A DNA stretch of 55,527 nucleotides, taken from a virus (lineage: Duplodnaviria > Caudoviricetes). Of this stretch, positions 1-7,689 are shown one piece after another. The translations under genes and the position numbers were made by a program. The notes under the pieces were generated by a model. The model saw only the letters and a program-made list of their open reading frames with translations. It searched no databases and was not told the DNA's origin. The DNA lies in IMG/VR virus record IMGVR_UViG_3300006929_000018, positions 1 to 55,527 of that record. One strand, 5' to 3'. How positions within the stretch are numbered: the first letter of the stretch is position 1; every line of letters starts with the position of its first letter.

Positions 1-31
1 CTAATAACTATTAACTATAAAATATACTATT

Positions 32-151
32 ATGAAAAATCTATCGCTCAACATTCTTGTAATCTTATTACTTCCAATAACCGTTCCATTCATACTATTA
101 ACTAACTATGATAACGTATGGGGAGAAGCAATAAAACAAATAAAGGGATAA
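32..151 (+). CDS. small hydrophobic early peptide (39 aa)
   Basis: Manual translation MKNLSLNILVILLLPITVPFILLTNYDNVWGEAIKQIKG. AT-rich leader; followed by a T-tract. Confidence 0.5.
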   Translation: MKNLSLNILVILLLPITVPFILLTNYDNVWGEAIKQIKG

Positions 152-191
152 TCTCCTTTTTTACCTACGAATAGTCGTGCCTCCTTTCGGT

Positions 192-227
192 TCACATACT
201 TCGTATGCTCATTTTAATTTTATATAG
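192..227 (+). promoter_or_regulatory. putative early promoter P1 (hairpin + TATA motif)
   Basis: CATAC-TTC-GTATG at 195-207 (template C-GAA-G loop). TTTAATTTTA-TATA-G with TATA at 223-226, 22 nt from the loop centre. Confidence 0.55.
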
Positions 228-365
228 GTAATAATAACTGTTAGAGTATACACGAAAGTGCTTCGCATGCTAACTTACCTTTACCACAGGACATATTTAT
301 CTAAACTTACGAGCACACACACAACCTAACTTAGGTGCTTCAAGTAAAGAAAATGTCCTTTTTTT
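227..365 (+). ncRNA. candidate structured small RNA 1
   Basis: GGTAA/TTACC (227-231/275-279) and GTTAG/CTAAC (240-244/270-274). Long hairpin closed by AGGACAT/ATGTCCT (288-294/353-359) with ACTT/AAGT and GAGCAC/GTGCTT, then a T-run. No credible ORF. Confidence 0.45.
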
Positions 366-370
366 GCTTA

Positions 371-408
371 CGAAACGACTGCGTCTTTCGGTGTTATATT
401 ACATATAA
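371..408 (+). promoter_or_regulatory. putative early promoter P2
   Basis: CGAAA-c-GAC-TGC-GTC-TTTCG (template C-GCA-G loop). TTATATTACA-TATA-A with TATA at 404-407, spacing 23. Confidence 0.55.
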
Positions 409-430
409 CTATTAATCAATATATATTATT

Positions 431-502
431 ATGAAATATTACCAATCAGTTCAAAACTTTATCGTTAAAGTATACAATACATTGTATGTATATTATAACT
501 AA
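431..502 (+). CDS. possible 23-aa micro-ORF
   Basis: MKYYQSVQNFIVKVYNTLYVYYN directly after P2. Leader (TATTATG) resembles that of the ORF at 32. Confidence 0.35.
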   Translation: MKYYQSVQNFIVKVYNTLYVYYN

Positions 503-524
503 TTATTAACCTAAATTAAATATC

Positions 525-749
525 ATGTCAATACTTGGAATCGCATTCTTCACCGCTATAGGTTATTTTATTATAGTCTATAAATTATTAGGTAGAAAGA
601 AATTAGTTAAAACACAGTTACTGTGGGATATACTATTTACTATCGGTCTACCTATACTATTCATCGGTACATTCAGTGGACTAGCAACAGCTGTATTAGC
701 TGGAGTTATGTTCTCTGTATTCACATCATTACTACCAAAGGAGAGCTAG
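525..749 (+). CDS. small integral membrane protein
   Basis: 74 aa with 2-3 hydrophobic segments. Confidence 0.7.
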   Translation: MSILGIAFFTAIGYFIIVYKLLGRKKLVKTQLLWDILFTIGLPILFIGTFSGLATAVLAGVMFSVFTSLLPKES

Positions 750-760
750 ACTCTCTTTTT
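737..760 (+). terminator. intrinsic terminator
   Basis: GAGAG-CTAGA-CTCTC followed by TTTTT, overlapping the stop codon of 525-749. Confidence 0.65.
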
Positions 761-761
761 A

Positions 762-798
762 GAACTCACTTTGTTCGTTCAATTTATATTATCTATAG
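762..798 (+). promoter_or_regulatory. putative early promoter P3
   Basis: Template strand GAAC-GA-AC-AAA-GT-GA-GTTC (tandem GA mismatch, C-AAA-G loop). TTATATTATC-TATA-G with TATA at 794-797, spacing 23. Confidence 0.5.
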
Positions 799-960
799 AT
801 ATATGTGTGGCTAATAATACCAGAGTGATTAAGTAACTACGACTAAAACTCAAGCACAATATCCTTATAATATTATGGTTAATAATATATAGGTCGGAGC
901 AATATAATTCTAAATCACAAACCGTTCAGGTAGTTGATAATTATATTGTTCCTTCCTTTT
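798..960 (+). ncRNA. candidate structured small RNA 2
   Basis: Several stems, including the 14-bp GGAGCAATATAATT/AATTATATTGTTCC (896-909/939-952, one G-U), followed by TTCCTTTT. Confidence 0.4.
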
Positions 961-996
961 ACAACAAAATAAATGTATAACTTAAATTAAATAATT

Positions 997-1326
997 ATGA
1001 AACTAATTAGTATTCTGATAACAGCCGCGTTATTTATTAACGTAAATCACTATCAATCAAGACCTTACACTGACTGTATACCTGAAGCATGGTATGATGA
1101 CTTCAGCGACTTTGAGTATGAAAACAAAATAGATACAGTATTAATAGATACTGCATCTTCAGACACAACATTAATAGACACTACTCGCAATCCTTATCAC
1201 GATATAGATTGGGCAGCAGAGTTCGCTAAATTAGATGATAAATTAGATAGCATGGATATGAATATCAACGAATTAATTATCTATGAAATTGAAAACTATA
1301 ATGACACAATAAATAAAAATAAATAA
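997..1326 (+). CDS. acidic protein with N-terminal signal/TM segment
   Basis: Hydrophobic N-terminus, IDT repeats, Asp-rich. Confidence 0.65.
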   Translation: MKLISILITAALFINVNHYQSRPYTDCIPEAWYDDFSDFEYENKIDTVLIDTASSDTTLIDTTRNPYHDIDWAAEFAKLDDKLDSMDMNINELIIYEIENYNDTINKNK

Positions 1327-1328
1327 TT

Positions 1329-1523
1329 ATGAGCATAGATATAAGTATAAAGAAAATAGATACATATAATAAAATATTAGATGTTATAAACAGTAGTTCT
1401 ACAAAACATCATCAAGACGTAGCATATATAATGATAGAAAGATTCGGGAATTTATTCTTTGACGAATCACTTACAGAAATATTATTAGAAACAGCTAATA
1501 AAACATTTGGATATACAGATTAA
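1329..1523 (+). CDS. hypothetical protein
   Basis: 64-aa ORF tightly packed in the operon. Confidence 0.6.
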   Translation: MSIDISIKKIDTYNKILDVINSSSTKHHQDVAYIMIERFGNLFFDESLTEILLETANKTFGYTD

Positions 1524-1525
1524 CT

Positions 1526-1561
1526 AAGAACCCTTCGGGGTTCTTTTTTTGTTATATATAA
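1526..1561 (+). terminator. intrinsic terminator overlapping putative promoter P4
   Basis: AAGAACCC-TTCG-GGGTTCTT plus T-run. TTTTGTTATA-TATA-A with TATA at 1557-1560, 22 nt from the TTC centre. Confidence 0.75.
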
Positions 1562-1585
1562 GTATTAATTTAAAAATATAAAAAA

Positions 1586-1972
1586 ATGGCAAAAGCTAAA
1601 ACAGCAAAGAAAGCTACTAAAGTAGCAAAGACAGTAGAAGCAGAAACTACTAAAAACAAAGGACAATTAGTTCCTAACATCAAAATTACACCTCACACAT
1701 TTAAGAACGGGACAACTATTCTTAATATCAGTTGTAAATTACCAGACTTTATTGACTTCTTACAAAACAATAAAGTTGTAGGTAAAGACGGCAGCTCTTG
1801 GGTTAACATGAAGGGTTTACCATCTAGTTCTGGTGGATACACTGTTATACTAAATGACTACTTCCATGACGCACAACAACTTGCAGATGAAGTATTTGGT
1901 GCAGATGAACTTGACGTACAAGTTGAAGACTTTGAGTTAGAAAGTAGAAGACAAGAGAACAAAGTATCATAA
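1586..1972 (+). CDS. putative nucleic-acid-binding protein
   Basis: Lys/Ala-rich histone-like N-terminus, beta-rich core (DFIDFL...WVNM), acidic C-terminal region. Confidence 0.55.
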   Translation: MAKAKTAKKATKVAKTVEAETTKNKGQLVPNIKITPHTFKNGTTILNISCKLPDFIDFLQNNKVVGKDGSSWVNMKGLPSSSGGYTVILNDYFHDAQQLADEVFGADELDVQVEDFELESRRQENKVS

Positions 1973-1979
1973 TAATTAT

Positions 1980-2061
1980 AAAAGAGAGTATTATCGTTTA
2001 ACGAGCGTTACGTAGAAAATAGGATAAAGTCAACGCGCCTATCGGTTAACGCTCTCTTTTT
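1980..2061 (+). other. structured intergenic element ending in a U-tract
   Basis: AAAAGAGAG/CTCTCTTTT, GAGCGTTA/TAACGCTC, ATAGG/CCTAT. Confidence 0.5.
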
Positions 2062-2066
2062 GCTTT

Positions 2067-2102
2067 ACAAGTCTTTCAGACTTGTGTTTTTATTGCATAT
2101 AA
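2067..2102 (+). promoter_or_regulatory. putative early promoter P5
   Basis: ACAAGTCT-TTC-AGACTTGT (template GAA loop). TTTTATTGCA-TATA-A with TATA at 2098-2101, spacing 22. Confidence 0.55.
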
Positions 2103-2127
2103 CTTTTAACCCCTTAAATTTATATTT

Positions 2128-2493
2128 ATGAAAAACCAATTAGAACTAACTGATGATTACATCAAAAAATTGAAAACACTATTACGAATGAAAAAGATTA
2201 CTTCTTATGATGTAGCTCACGCTTCATTTAGAAAAGCAAATCAACACTGTATTATTAGCTCTACAGACAAAAGAACATTAACTATCACATTTATAAACGG
2301 TGATGTTAAGAAATTTCCTACAATTATATCCTTATTAAATGAAATTAAAATAATTAATAAATGGTATAAGTCTGCTAGAAGAAAGTATATCAAAAGATAT
2401 TATAAAGTAATAGGAAAATGGAATAACAGGCATAACAATAAAGCTCCTAAACAAGAGCAATTTAACGCCTTAATTGAAAAATATAATATATGA
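2128..2493 (+). CDS. basic hypothetical protein
   Basis: 121-aa Lys-rich ORF after P5. Confidence 0.65.
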   Translation: MKNQLELTDDYIKKLKTLLRMKKITSYDVAHASFRKANQHCIISSTDKRTLTITFINGDVKKFPTIISLLNEIKIINKWYKSARRKYIKRYYKVIGKWNNRHNNKAPKQEQFNALIEKYNI

Positions 2494-2666
2494 TTATTAC
2501 CGAAGAATTAAAACTTAAAGCAAACATAAGAACAAGGTGTGCTAGAATCATAGCCACCTTGAACTCTCCTTATGAACAACAAACAGTTAATCAACTTATT
2601 AAAGAAACTGAAAAATTAGTAAAATATTGTATGTATAACCAAATAAATAACGAAAATGGAAAATAA
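2490..2666 (+). CDS. hypothetical protein (58 aa)
   Basis: Manual translation MIITEELKLK...NENGK. ATGA overlap with the upstream stop; fills the gap. Confidence 0.55.
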   Translation: MIITEELKLKANIRTRCARIIATLNSPYEQQTVNQLIKETEKLVKYCMYNQINNENGK

Positions 2667-3048
2667 AACATCAGAAAACATAATAAAATACAAAGACGAA
2701 TTAACAGCTGAAACATTACAAGGTATTATTGACAACTTGCAAGCTCAAGTAGGCGAATTAACTACAGAAATTTTTAATAAAGAAAAAACATTACGAGACA
2801 TCAACAAACCAACTATAACACAAAAACAATTAGATACAATAAATGAAGCAATATCTAATTATACAGACAATGTGGAGTTTTCTGAACAAGACTTTGATGT
2901 AGAACTTTGTATGGAATACGATAATAGAATTGAAATAAGTAGCTTATGTTTTAATTCTTCTGGAGATATGTTTGATGATATAATGAGATATGTAGAAAAA
3001 GAATTTAGAGTTATACAAGAAGAAGAAACCTCTACTGATGAATCTTAA
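2656..3048 (+). CDS. coiled-coil acidic hypothetical protein
   Basis: 130-aa ORF. Confidence 0.7.
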   Translation: MENKTSENIIKYKDELTAETLQGIIDNLQAQVGELTTEIFNKEKTLRDINKPTITQKQLDTINEAISNYTDNVEFSEQDFDVELCMEYDNRIEISSLCFNSSGDMFDDIMRYVEKEFRVIQEEETSTDES

Positions 3049-3223
3049 TTACGAAGACTGGAGTAAGTCTACATATCAACATTGTGACGACCCTACAGAA
3101 CACGATGAAGAAGAGACAGACTTCACAGAAGATGATGTAGAATTAACCATGTGTTTAGATTACCTAGACGAACACAATATGATGGAAGACTTTTTAATAT
3201 GGGTAAATAAAAATTACAAATAA
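3038..3223 (+). CDS. small acidic protein
   Basis: 61 aa, very Asp/Glu-rich. Confidence 0.6.
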   Translation: MNLNYEDWSKSTYQHCDDPTEHDEEETDFTEDDVELTMCLDYLDEHNMMEDFLIWVNKNYK

Positions 3224-3224
3224 T

Positions 3225-4100
3225 ATGAAAACAACGGAACAAATTCTTAATGAAAACGGACTTAACTGGAATGTAACTAAAGAAAAACTAATGTATGCTG
3301 GTGAGTGTACTCCTAGCGCTAACAATGGATTACATGACACTGATTACTACGGTATAGTTCGTGAAGATACAGGTGAAGTATTTACTACTGTTAAAAAAGG
3401 ATATACTCCTACGCAAAACTCTAAAATTATAGACACTATGCAATCAATCGCAGGTAATAATGATTTAATAATTACTAAAGCTTTAGCGATAAATGGTGGT
3501 AGAAAAATATTAGTACAAATGCAAAAACCTGACAATACAGTATATATAGGTGGTCAAGAGACCAAACAATATGTATATGCTATCAACTCTCATGATGGGA
3601 CATCAGCTTTAAAGTTTGGGTTTATGAATCAAGTAGTATATTGTTCAAATCAATTTGCTTGGATGAGTAACAATGGACTTAAAGGATATGTTCATAAACA
3701 ATCTATCCAAGATAAAGTAACTAATTTACCAGAGATTCTTAACTTTGATGGACAAGAAGAAAGAATAGCTCAATTACACGAGATGAGTATGACGCCTATA
3801 GGACATAAAGAAATCACTGGATTACTAGATTATTTAACTGGTATAGACTCTACAGTCCCTAATTGGGCAGGAGATATAAGTACAAGAAAGAATAATATTA
3901 GAGGAGATTTATATATGTCTGTTACTAAAGAGACTAATAGAGTAGGAATGAATAAATGGGGGCTCTTTAACGGAGTAACTATGTATACATCTCATAGTAA
4001 ATCTATACCTAATAGAGAAAATGGCAGAGAAGAATCTGTTTATACTGGCTCAGGTCAGAAAATGAATGATAATGCATTTAGTTGGTTATCAAATAATTAA
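3225..4100 (+). CDS. DUF932/TIGR03299-like phage protein
   Basis: GLNWNV, VREDTG, YTPTQN, NSHDGT, VYCSNQ and WGLFNGVT motifs typical of the family. Confidence 0.8.
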   Translation: MKTTEQILNENGLNWNVTKEKLMYAGECTPSANNGLHDTDYYGIVREDTGEVFTTVKKGYTPTQNSKIIDTMQSIAGNNDLIITKALAINGGRKILVQMQKPDNTVYIGGQETKQYVYAINSHDGTSALKFGFMNQVVYCSNQFAWMSNNGLKGYVHKQSIQDKVTNLPEILNFDGQEERIAQLHEMSMTPIGHKEITGLLDYLTGIDSTVPNWAGDISTRKNNIRGDLYMSVTKETNRVGMNKWGLFNGVTMYTSHSKSIPNRENGREESVYTGSGQKMNDNAFSWLSNN

Positions 4101-4102
4101 TT

Positions 4103-4267
4103 ATGAAATGGTATTTAAAAATAATAATAACAAATACTAAATCTAAATACATGATAAGAACATATGGATATAGTATAATAGTATATAAAAAACTATTTCC
4201 GTATGTTTTTATTAAACATCGTGTATTTGAAGATTTAGATAAAGCAATTGAATATATTAATCAATAA
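4103..4267 (+). CDS. hypothetical protein (54 aa)
   Basis: Manual translation MKWYLKIII...EYINQ. Confidence 0.45.
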   Translation: MKWYLKIIITNTKSKYMIRTYGYSIIVYKKLFPYVFIKHRVFEDLDKAIEYINQ

Positions 4268-4274
4268 TAATACA

Positions 4275-4350
4275 GAGAGCTCATACCAAAGCAGTATTGG
4301 AAACATGAGCGCGCAAACATGGAACAATATACTCAGGTCACTGAGCTCTC
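4275..4350 (+). other. structured intergenic element
   Basis: GAGAGCTCA/TGAGCTCTC 9-bp closure, with alternative GCTCAT/ATGAGC and CTCAG/CTGAG stems. Confidence 0.5.
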
Positions 4351-4373
4351 CTTATTATTCTAAAAACAAAATT

Positions 4374-4766
4374 ATGGGAAGATACTATGATGGCGACATT
4401 GAAGGTAAATTTTGGTTTGCCGTTCAATCAAGCACCGCTCCAGCAAGGTTTGGAGGTAATGAATATGAGCCAAGCTATATTAACTATTATTTCGGAGAAG
4501 ACCAATTAGAAGAAGTAAAAGAAGAGTTAGATAGAATACACAAAAACATGATGGGAAATATAGAAAAATTAGATGATTTCTTTGCACAAACTAATGGATA
4601 TAATACACTAATGATTATAGATTGGTACAAGAAAATGTATAAAGAAACAATTAACGAAGAAGAAGTTAAAGATATGTTAGTTGAATACGCTGACTATCAA
4701 TTAGGTAATCAGATAGCTGAGTGTATAAAAGAAAATGGACAATGTAATATAAATTGTGAATTATGA
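4374..4766 (+). CDS. conserved-looking phage protein (MGRYYDGDIEGKFWF...)
   Basis: ATG at 4374 after an A-rich leader is preferred over the TTG at 4248. Confidence 0.7.
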   Translation: MGRYYDGDIEGKFWFAVQSSTAPARFGGNEYEPSYINYYFGEDQLEEVKEELDRIHKNMMGNIEKLDDFFAQTNGYNTLMIIDWYKKMYKETINEEEVKDMLVEYADYQLGNQIAECIKENGQCNINCEL

Positions 4767-5002
4767 CAAAATTAGTAGAAACACCAAAAAATCAACATGA
4801 AGCTGTCTTATGGCATCTTAATGAATACAGCACCATTACATCATGGGAAGCAATTAAAGAATATGGAGCTACAAGATTATCAGCTATCATATATAATTTG
4901 AGAGATGATGGATATATTATCACTACAAATATGAAAACTACTAAAAATAGATTTGGTAGAAATGTAAATTATTCAGAATATAAATGGGAACATATAATAT
5001 GA
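4763..5002 (+). CDS. winged helix-turn-helix protein (HTH_39-like)
   Basis: ITSWEAIKEYGATRLSAIIYNLRDDGYII signature. Confidence 0.75.
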   Translation: MTKLVETPKNQHEAVLWHLNEYSTITSWEAIKEYGATRLSAIIYNLRDDGYIITTNMKTTKNRFGRNVNYSEYKWEHII

Positions 5003-5250
5003 CAGCAAAAGAAGTTAGAACTTATTTAACAGAAACATATGGTGAATGTAAGCATGATGAATATGCTATGGCAGGCGCTATAAATCAAACACTACAGGAC
5101 ATGGACTATGACAATGGTTGGGACTTGTTTCATCTATTAGTAGAAAACACACCTATACCACATTTACATACACATAGTTATGGATTTCATACACAAAATG
5201 GTAGAGGTATCATAGAAAGAATACAAGCTTATTATTATGAGTTCTCCTAA
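4999..5250 (+). CDS. hypothetical protein
   Basis: ORF track 4984-5250; second Met (4999) preferred. Confidence 0.6.
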   Translation: MTAKEVRTYLTETYGECKHDEYAMAGAINQTLQDMDYDNGWDLFHLLVENTPIPHLHTHSYGFHTQNGRGIIERIQAYYYEFS

Positions 5251-5539
5251 AGAAATAATACATAATGAATATTGTGCAGGTAAATGCCCTAAGTGTGATA
5301 GTGACAACATTGAATACTTTGGTTCTGAGATGTATGATGAGCAATTAGTTTATAACTCACATTGTGAAGATTGTAACTTAGATTTTCATGAGTATTATGA
5401 TGTAAAATATGACAGTTCTTATGGTATAGAATATATAGAAGAATCTGAAGAAGAAACACAATTATCATGTTGTGGAGATGAAATGACAGGAATATTAGAA
5501 GACATCCAAATTTGTCCAACCTGTAAAGAACATCAATAA
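5237..5539 (+). CDS. zinc-ribbon protein
   Basis: CPKC, CEDC, CC and CPTC motifs. Confidence 0.65.
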   Translation: MSSPKEIIHNEYCAGKCPKCDSDNIEYFGSEMYDEQLVYNSHCEDCNLDFHEYYDVKYDSSYGIEYIEESEEETQLSCCGDEMTGILEDIQICPTCKEHQ

Positions 5540-5562
5540 TATTAATATTAAAAAAAATAATT

Positions 5563-5925
5563 ATGGGATTAGACCAGTATGCAAAAAGAAGAGCTCCAAT
5601 ACAAAAAGGAAAAGAAATAGCTTATTGGAGAAAGCACAATAGACTTCAGGGTTGGATGGAAGAACTTTGGAGAGAAAAAACAGGTAAAGAAGGAGTATTT
5701 AACTGTGAAGAAGTTATATTAGAGTTAATAGATATAACGAATTTAGAGAAAGCTATTCTCAATAAAGAACTACCTCAGTCAGAAGGATTTTTCTTTGGAA
5801 ATGACTCTTATAGTTGGGACGAAGAAGATATTCAAGAACAGATAAAAGATGATTTAAAATTCATAAAAGAAGCTAAGCAAGCAATTATGGAAGGAGATGA
5901 AGTTGTATATAGTTCTTGGTGGTAA
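5563..5925 (+). CDS. conserved phage protein (MGLD...YWRK...GFFFG type)
   Basis: MGLDQY, YWRKHN, GFFFG and YSSWW motifs. Confidence 0.7.
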   Translation: MGLDQYAKRRAPIQKGKEIAYWRKHNRLQGWMEELWREKTGKEGVFNCEEVILELIDITNLEKAILNKELPQSEGFFFGNDSYSWDEEDIQEQIKDDLKFIKEAKQAIMEGDEVVYSSWW

Positions 5926-6146
5926 TGAAAGAATTTAATTTAAACAGATTAATGATGTCTTGTTGTGTAAATATAGATGACGAGTATTATGAAGAACTTT
6001 ATGACTATTTAATAGAAATAGATGTAGATTTAAATACATTAAACATTGATGACTTGGTAGTTAATGGTGTTCAATTTCTTGATAAAGAAGATTGTGAAGA
6101 TTACTACATACTAAAAGAAACCGACAGTGGATGTTGGGTAATATAA
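5925..6146 (+). CDS. acidic hypothetical protein
   Basis: TAATG overlap with the upstream gene. Confidence 0.55.
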   Translation: MKEFNLNRLMMSCCVNIDDEYYEELYDYLIEIDVDLNTLNIDDLVVNGVQFLDKEDCEDYYILKETDSGCWVI

Positions 6147-6152
6147 TTATTT

Positions 6153-6185
6153 GGGGGTCTTTGACCCCCTTTTAATTTTTTATAG
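6153..6185 (+). terminator. intrinsic terminator ending the early region (possible P6-like element)
   Basis: GGGGGTC-TTT-GACCCCC + TTTT, followed by TTTAATTTTT-TATA-G (spacing 20). Confidence 0.75.
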
Positions 6186-6211
6186 TATATTTAACCTCTC
6201 AAAATTAAAAT

Positions 6212-7498
6212 ATGGAAGACAGAGAAATAGAACACATGTTGTTAGGTAAAATTATGCTTAATGATAAAATATTAGAAAAATATTCTGATACACTACACAT
6301 TGATTTGTTCCAATATCCTATAAGCAGAAAAATATTTTCTACTATGATAGAATTAAAAAACGAAGGCAAAAGTGTAGACTTAGTTACATTAAATACTGGG
6401 CTAGAAAATGAAACAGATTCTTTTTCTCCAGTATTAGCGGAATGTACGTCTAAAGGACACTCTTTAGCTAATGTAAGTTCTTGTATACAAACTTTAGAGA
6501 GTATATATCAGAAAAACAAACTAATGACAATATCTCAAAACATTAGTAACTCTGTTAAAAACAGACACAAATTACATAAAATTATAAGTTCTGTACAAAA
6601 TGAATTAGCTGAAATTAATACATCTAAAGTTATTGAATTAGATGATTTGTCGTTACAATTAAAAAACACATTATCAGATATAAATAATAGAATGTCAACA
6701 GACGGCTTGTTAGGTATAGCGACAGGTTTTGATAAAATAGATAAATTTACAGGGGGTTGGCAGGAAACCGACTTAGTTATTATCGGAGGAGCTTCTTCTA
6801 TGGGTAAAACTAGTTTTGCTCTTGCCATATTATTAAATGCTTGTAAGTATTCTAACACTCCGTCTGTGATATTTTCTTATGAAATGAGTAGTAATCAATT
6901 GTTAAAACGATTAATATCTATGGAATCTTCTGTAGAAAATAATTATATAACAAACGGAACACTTGGTAAAGATGAATATCTTAAAGTAAATCAAGCTATT
7001 GGTAAAATAGAAAAACTACCTATTAATATAGATGAATGTAATATTACTAATTTAAATTATTTGGTAAATAGAATTAAAAGTTATGTAAAGAAAAGAAGTA
7101 TAAAACTAGTATTAGTAGATTACTTACAATTAGTTACTTACACAACTAAAAATTCTACAAGAGAACAAGAGGTTAGTAAAGTAGCTAGAACATTAAAAAA
7201 TCTAGCAAAAGAACTTAGTATAACTATTATAGCTTTATCACAATTAAATCGTGGTGTTGGTATGCGTGCAATGGGTAAACCAACTTTATCAGATTTACGT
7301 GAATCTGGAGAAATAGAACAAGCTTCCGATATAGTTATATTAATACATAGGCCTGAATATTATGGTATAAAACATGATGATTTAGGTAATGACACTAAAG
7401 GTGTAGCTAATATTATATTTGCTAAAGGTAGAAATATTGGCGTAGGAGAAATACCTTTAAAATTTATTAGTAAATTAACTAAATTTGAAAACGCATGA
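6212..7498 (+). CDS. dnaB: replicative DNA helicase, DnaB family
   Basis: TGFDKID, Walker A GASSMGKT, SYEM, VDYLQL, LSQLNR, LSDLRESGEIEQ, AKGRN. Confidence 0.95.
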   Translation: MEDREIEHMLLGKIMLNDKILEKYSDTLHIDLFQYPISRKIFSTMIELKNEGKSVDLVTLNTGLENETDSFSPVLAECTSKGHSLANVSSCIQTLESIYQKNKLMTISQNISNSVKNRHKLHKIISSVQNELAEINTSKVIELDDLSLQLKNTLSDINNRMSTDGLLGIATGFDKIDKFTGGWQETDLVIIGGASSMGKTSFALAILLNACKYSNTPSVIFSYEMSSNQLLKRLISMESSVENNYITNGTLGKDEYLKVNQAIGKIEKLPINIDECNITNLNYLVNRIKSYVKKRSIKLVLVDYLQLVTYTTKNSTREQEVSKVARTLKNLAKELSITIIALSQLNRGVGMRAMGKPTLSDLRESGEIEQASDIVILIHRPEYYGIKHDDLGNDTKGVANIIFAKGRNIGVGEIPLKFISKLTKFENA

Positions 7499-7647
7499 CG
7501 TTACCAGCAAAAATTATAATTACAACAACGATTTTTATATTCATGATATATATATCTATACAAATATTAGGGTATATATGTCTAGCTGTTATATCATATT
7601 ACGGGATAAAACATTTTATTAACAAAGTTTTGTCATTAAAAAAATAA
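7495..7647 (+). CDS. small membrane protein (50 aa)
   Basis: Manual translation, hydrophobic. ATGA overlap with the dnaB stop. Confidence 0.5.
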   Translation: MTLPAKIIITTTIFIFMIYISIQILGYICLAVISYYGIKHFINKVLSLKK

Positions 7648-7659
7648 TGTTTATTTTTG
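7629..7659 (+). promoter_or_regulatory. Bacteroidota primary-sigma promoter
   Basis: TTTG (7629-7632) - 19 nt - TATTTTTG (7652-7659), matching the -33/-7 consensus. Confidence 0.65.
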
Positions 7660-7689
7660 TCAATCACTTAAATAAATAAGTGATGTAAT

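Noticed and set aside
150-420. CRISPR-like array suggested by the repeated TACGAA...CTTTCGGT segments
   Set aside because: Only two degenerate copies, no regular spacers and no cas genes.
623-814. 63-aa + strand ORF
   Set aside because: Out-of-frame overlap with 525-749, and it runs through a terminator and a promoter-like element.
798-960. tRNA gene
   Set aside because: No cloverleaf with a proper acceptor stem and T-arm; no tRNA was recognised anywhere in the window.
4275-4350. Hammerhead ribozyme
   Set aside because: GAAAC is present but the CUGANGA core is absent.
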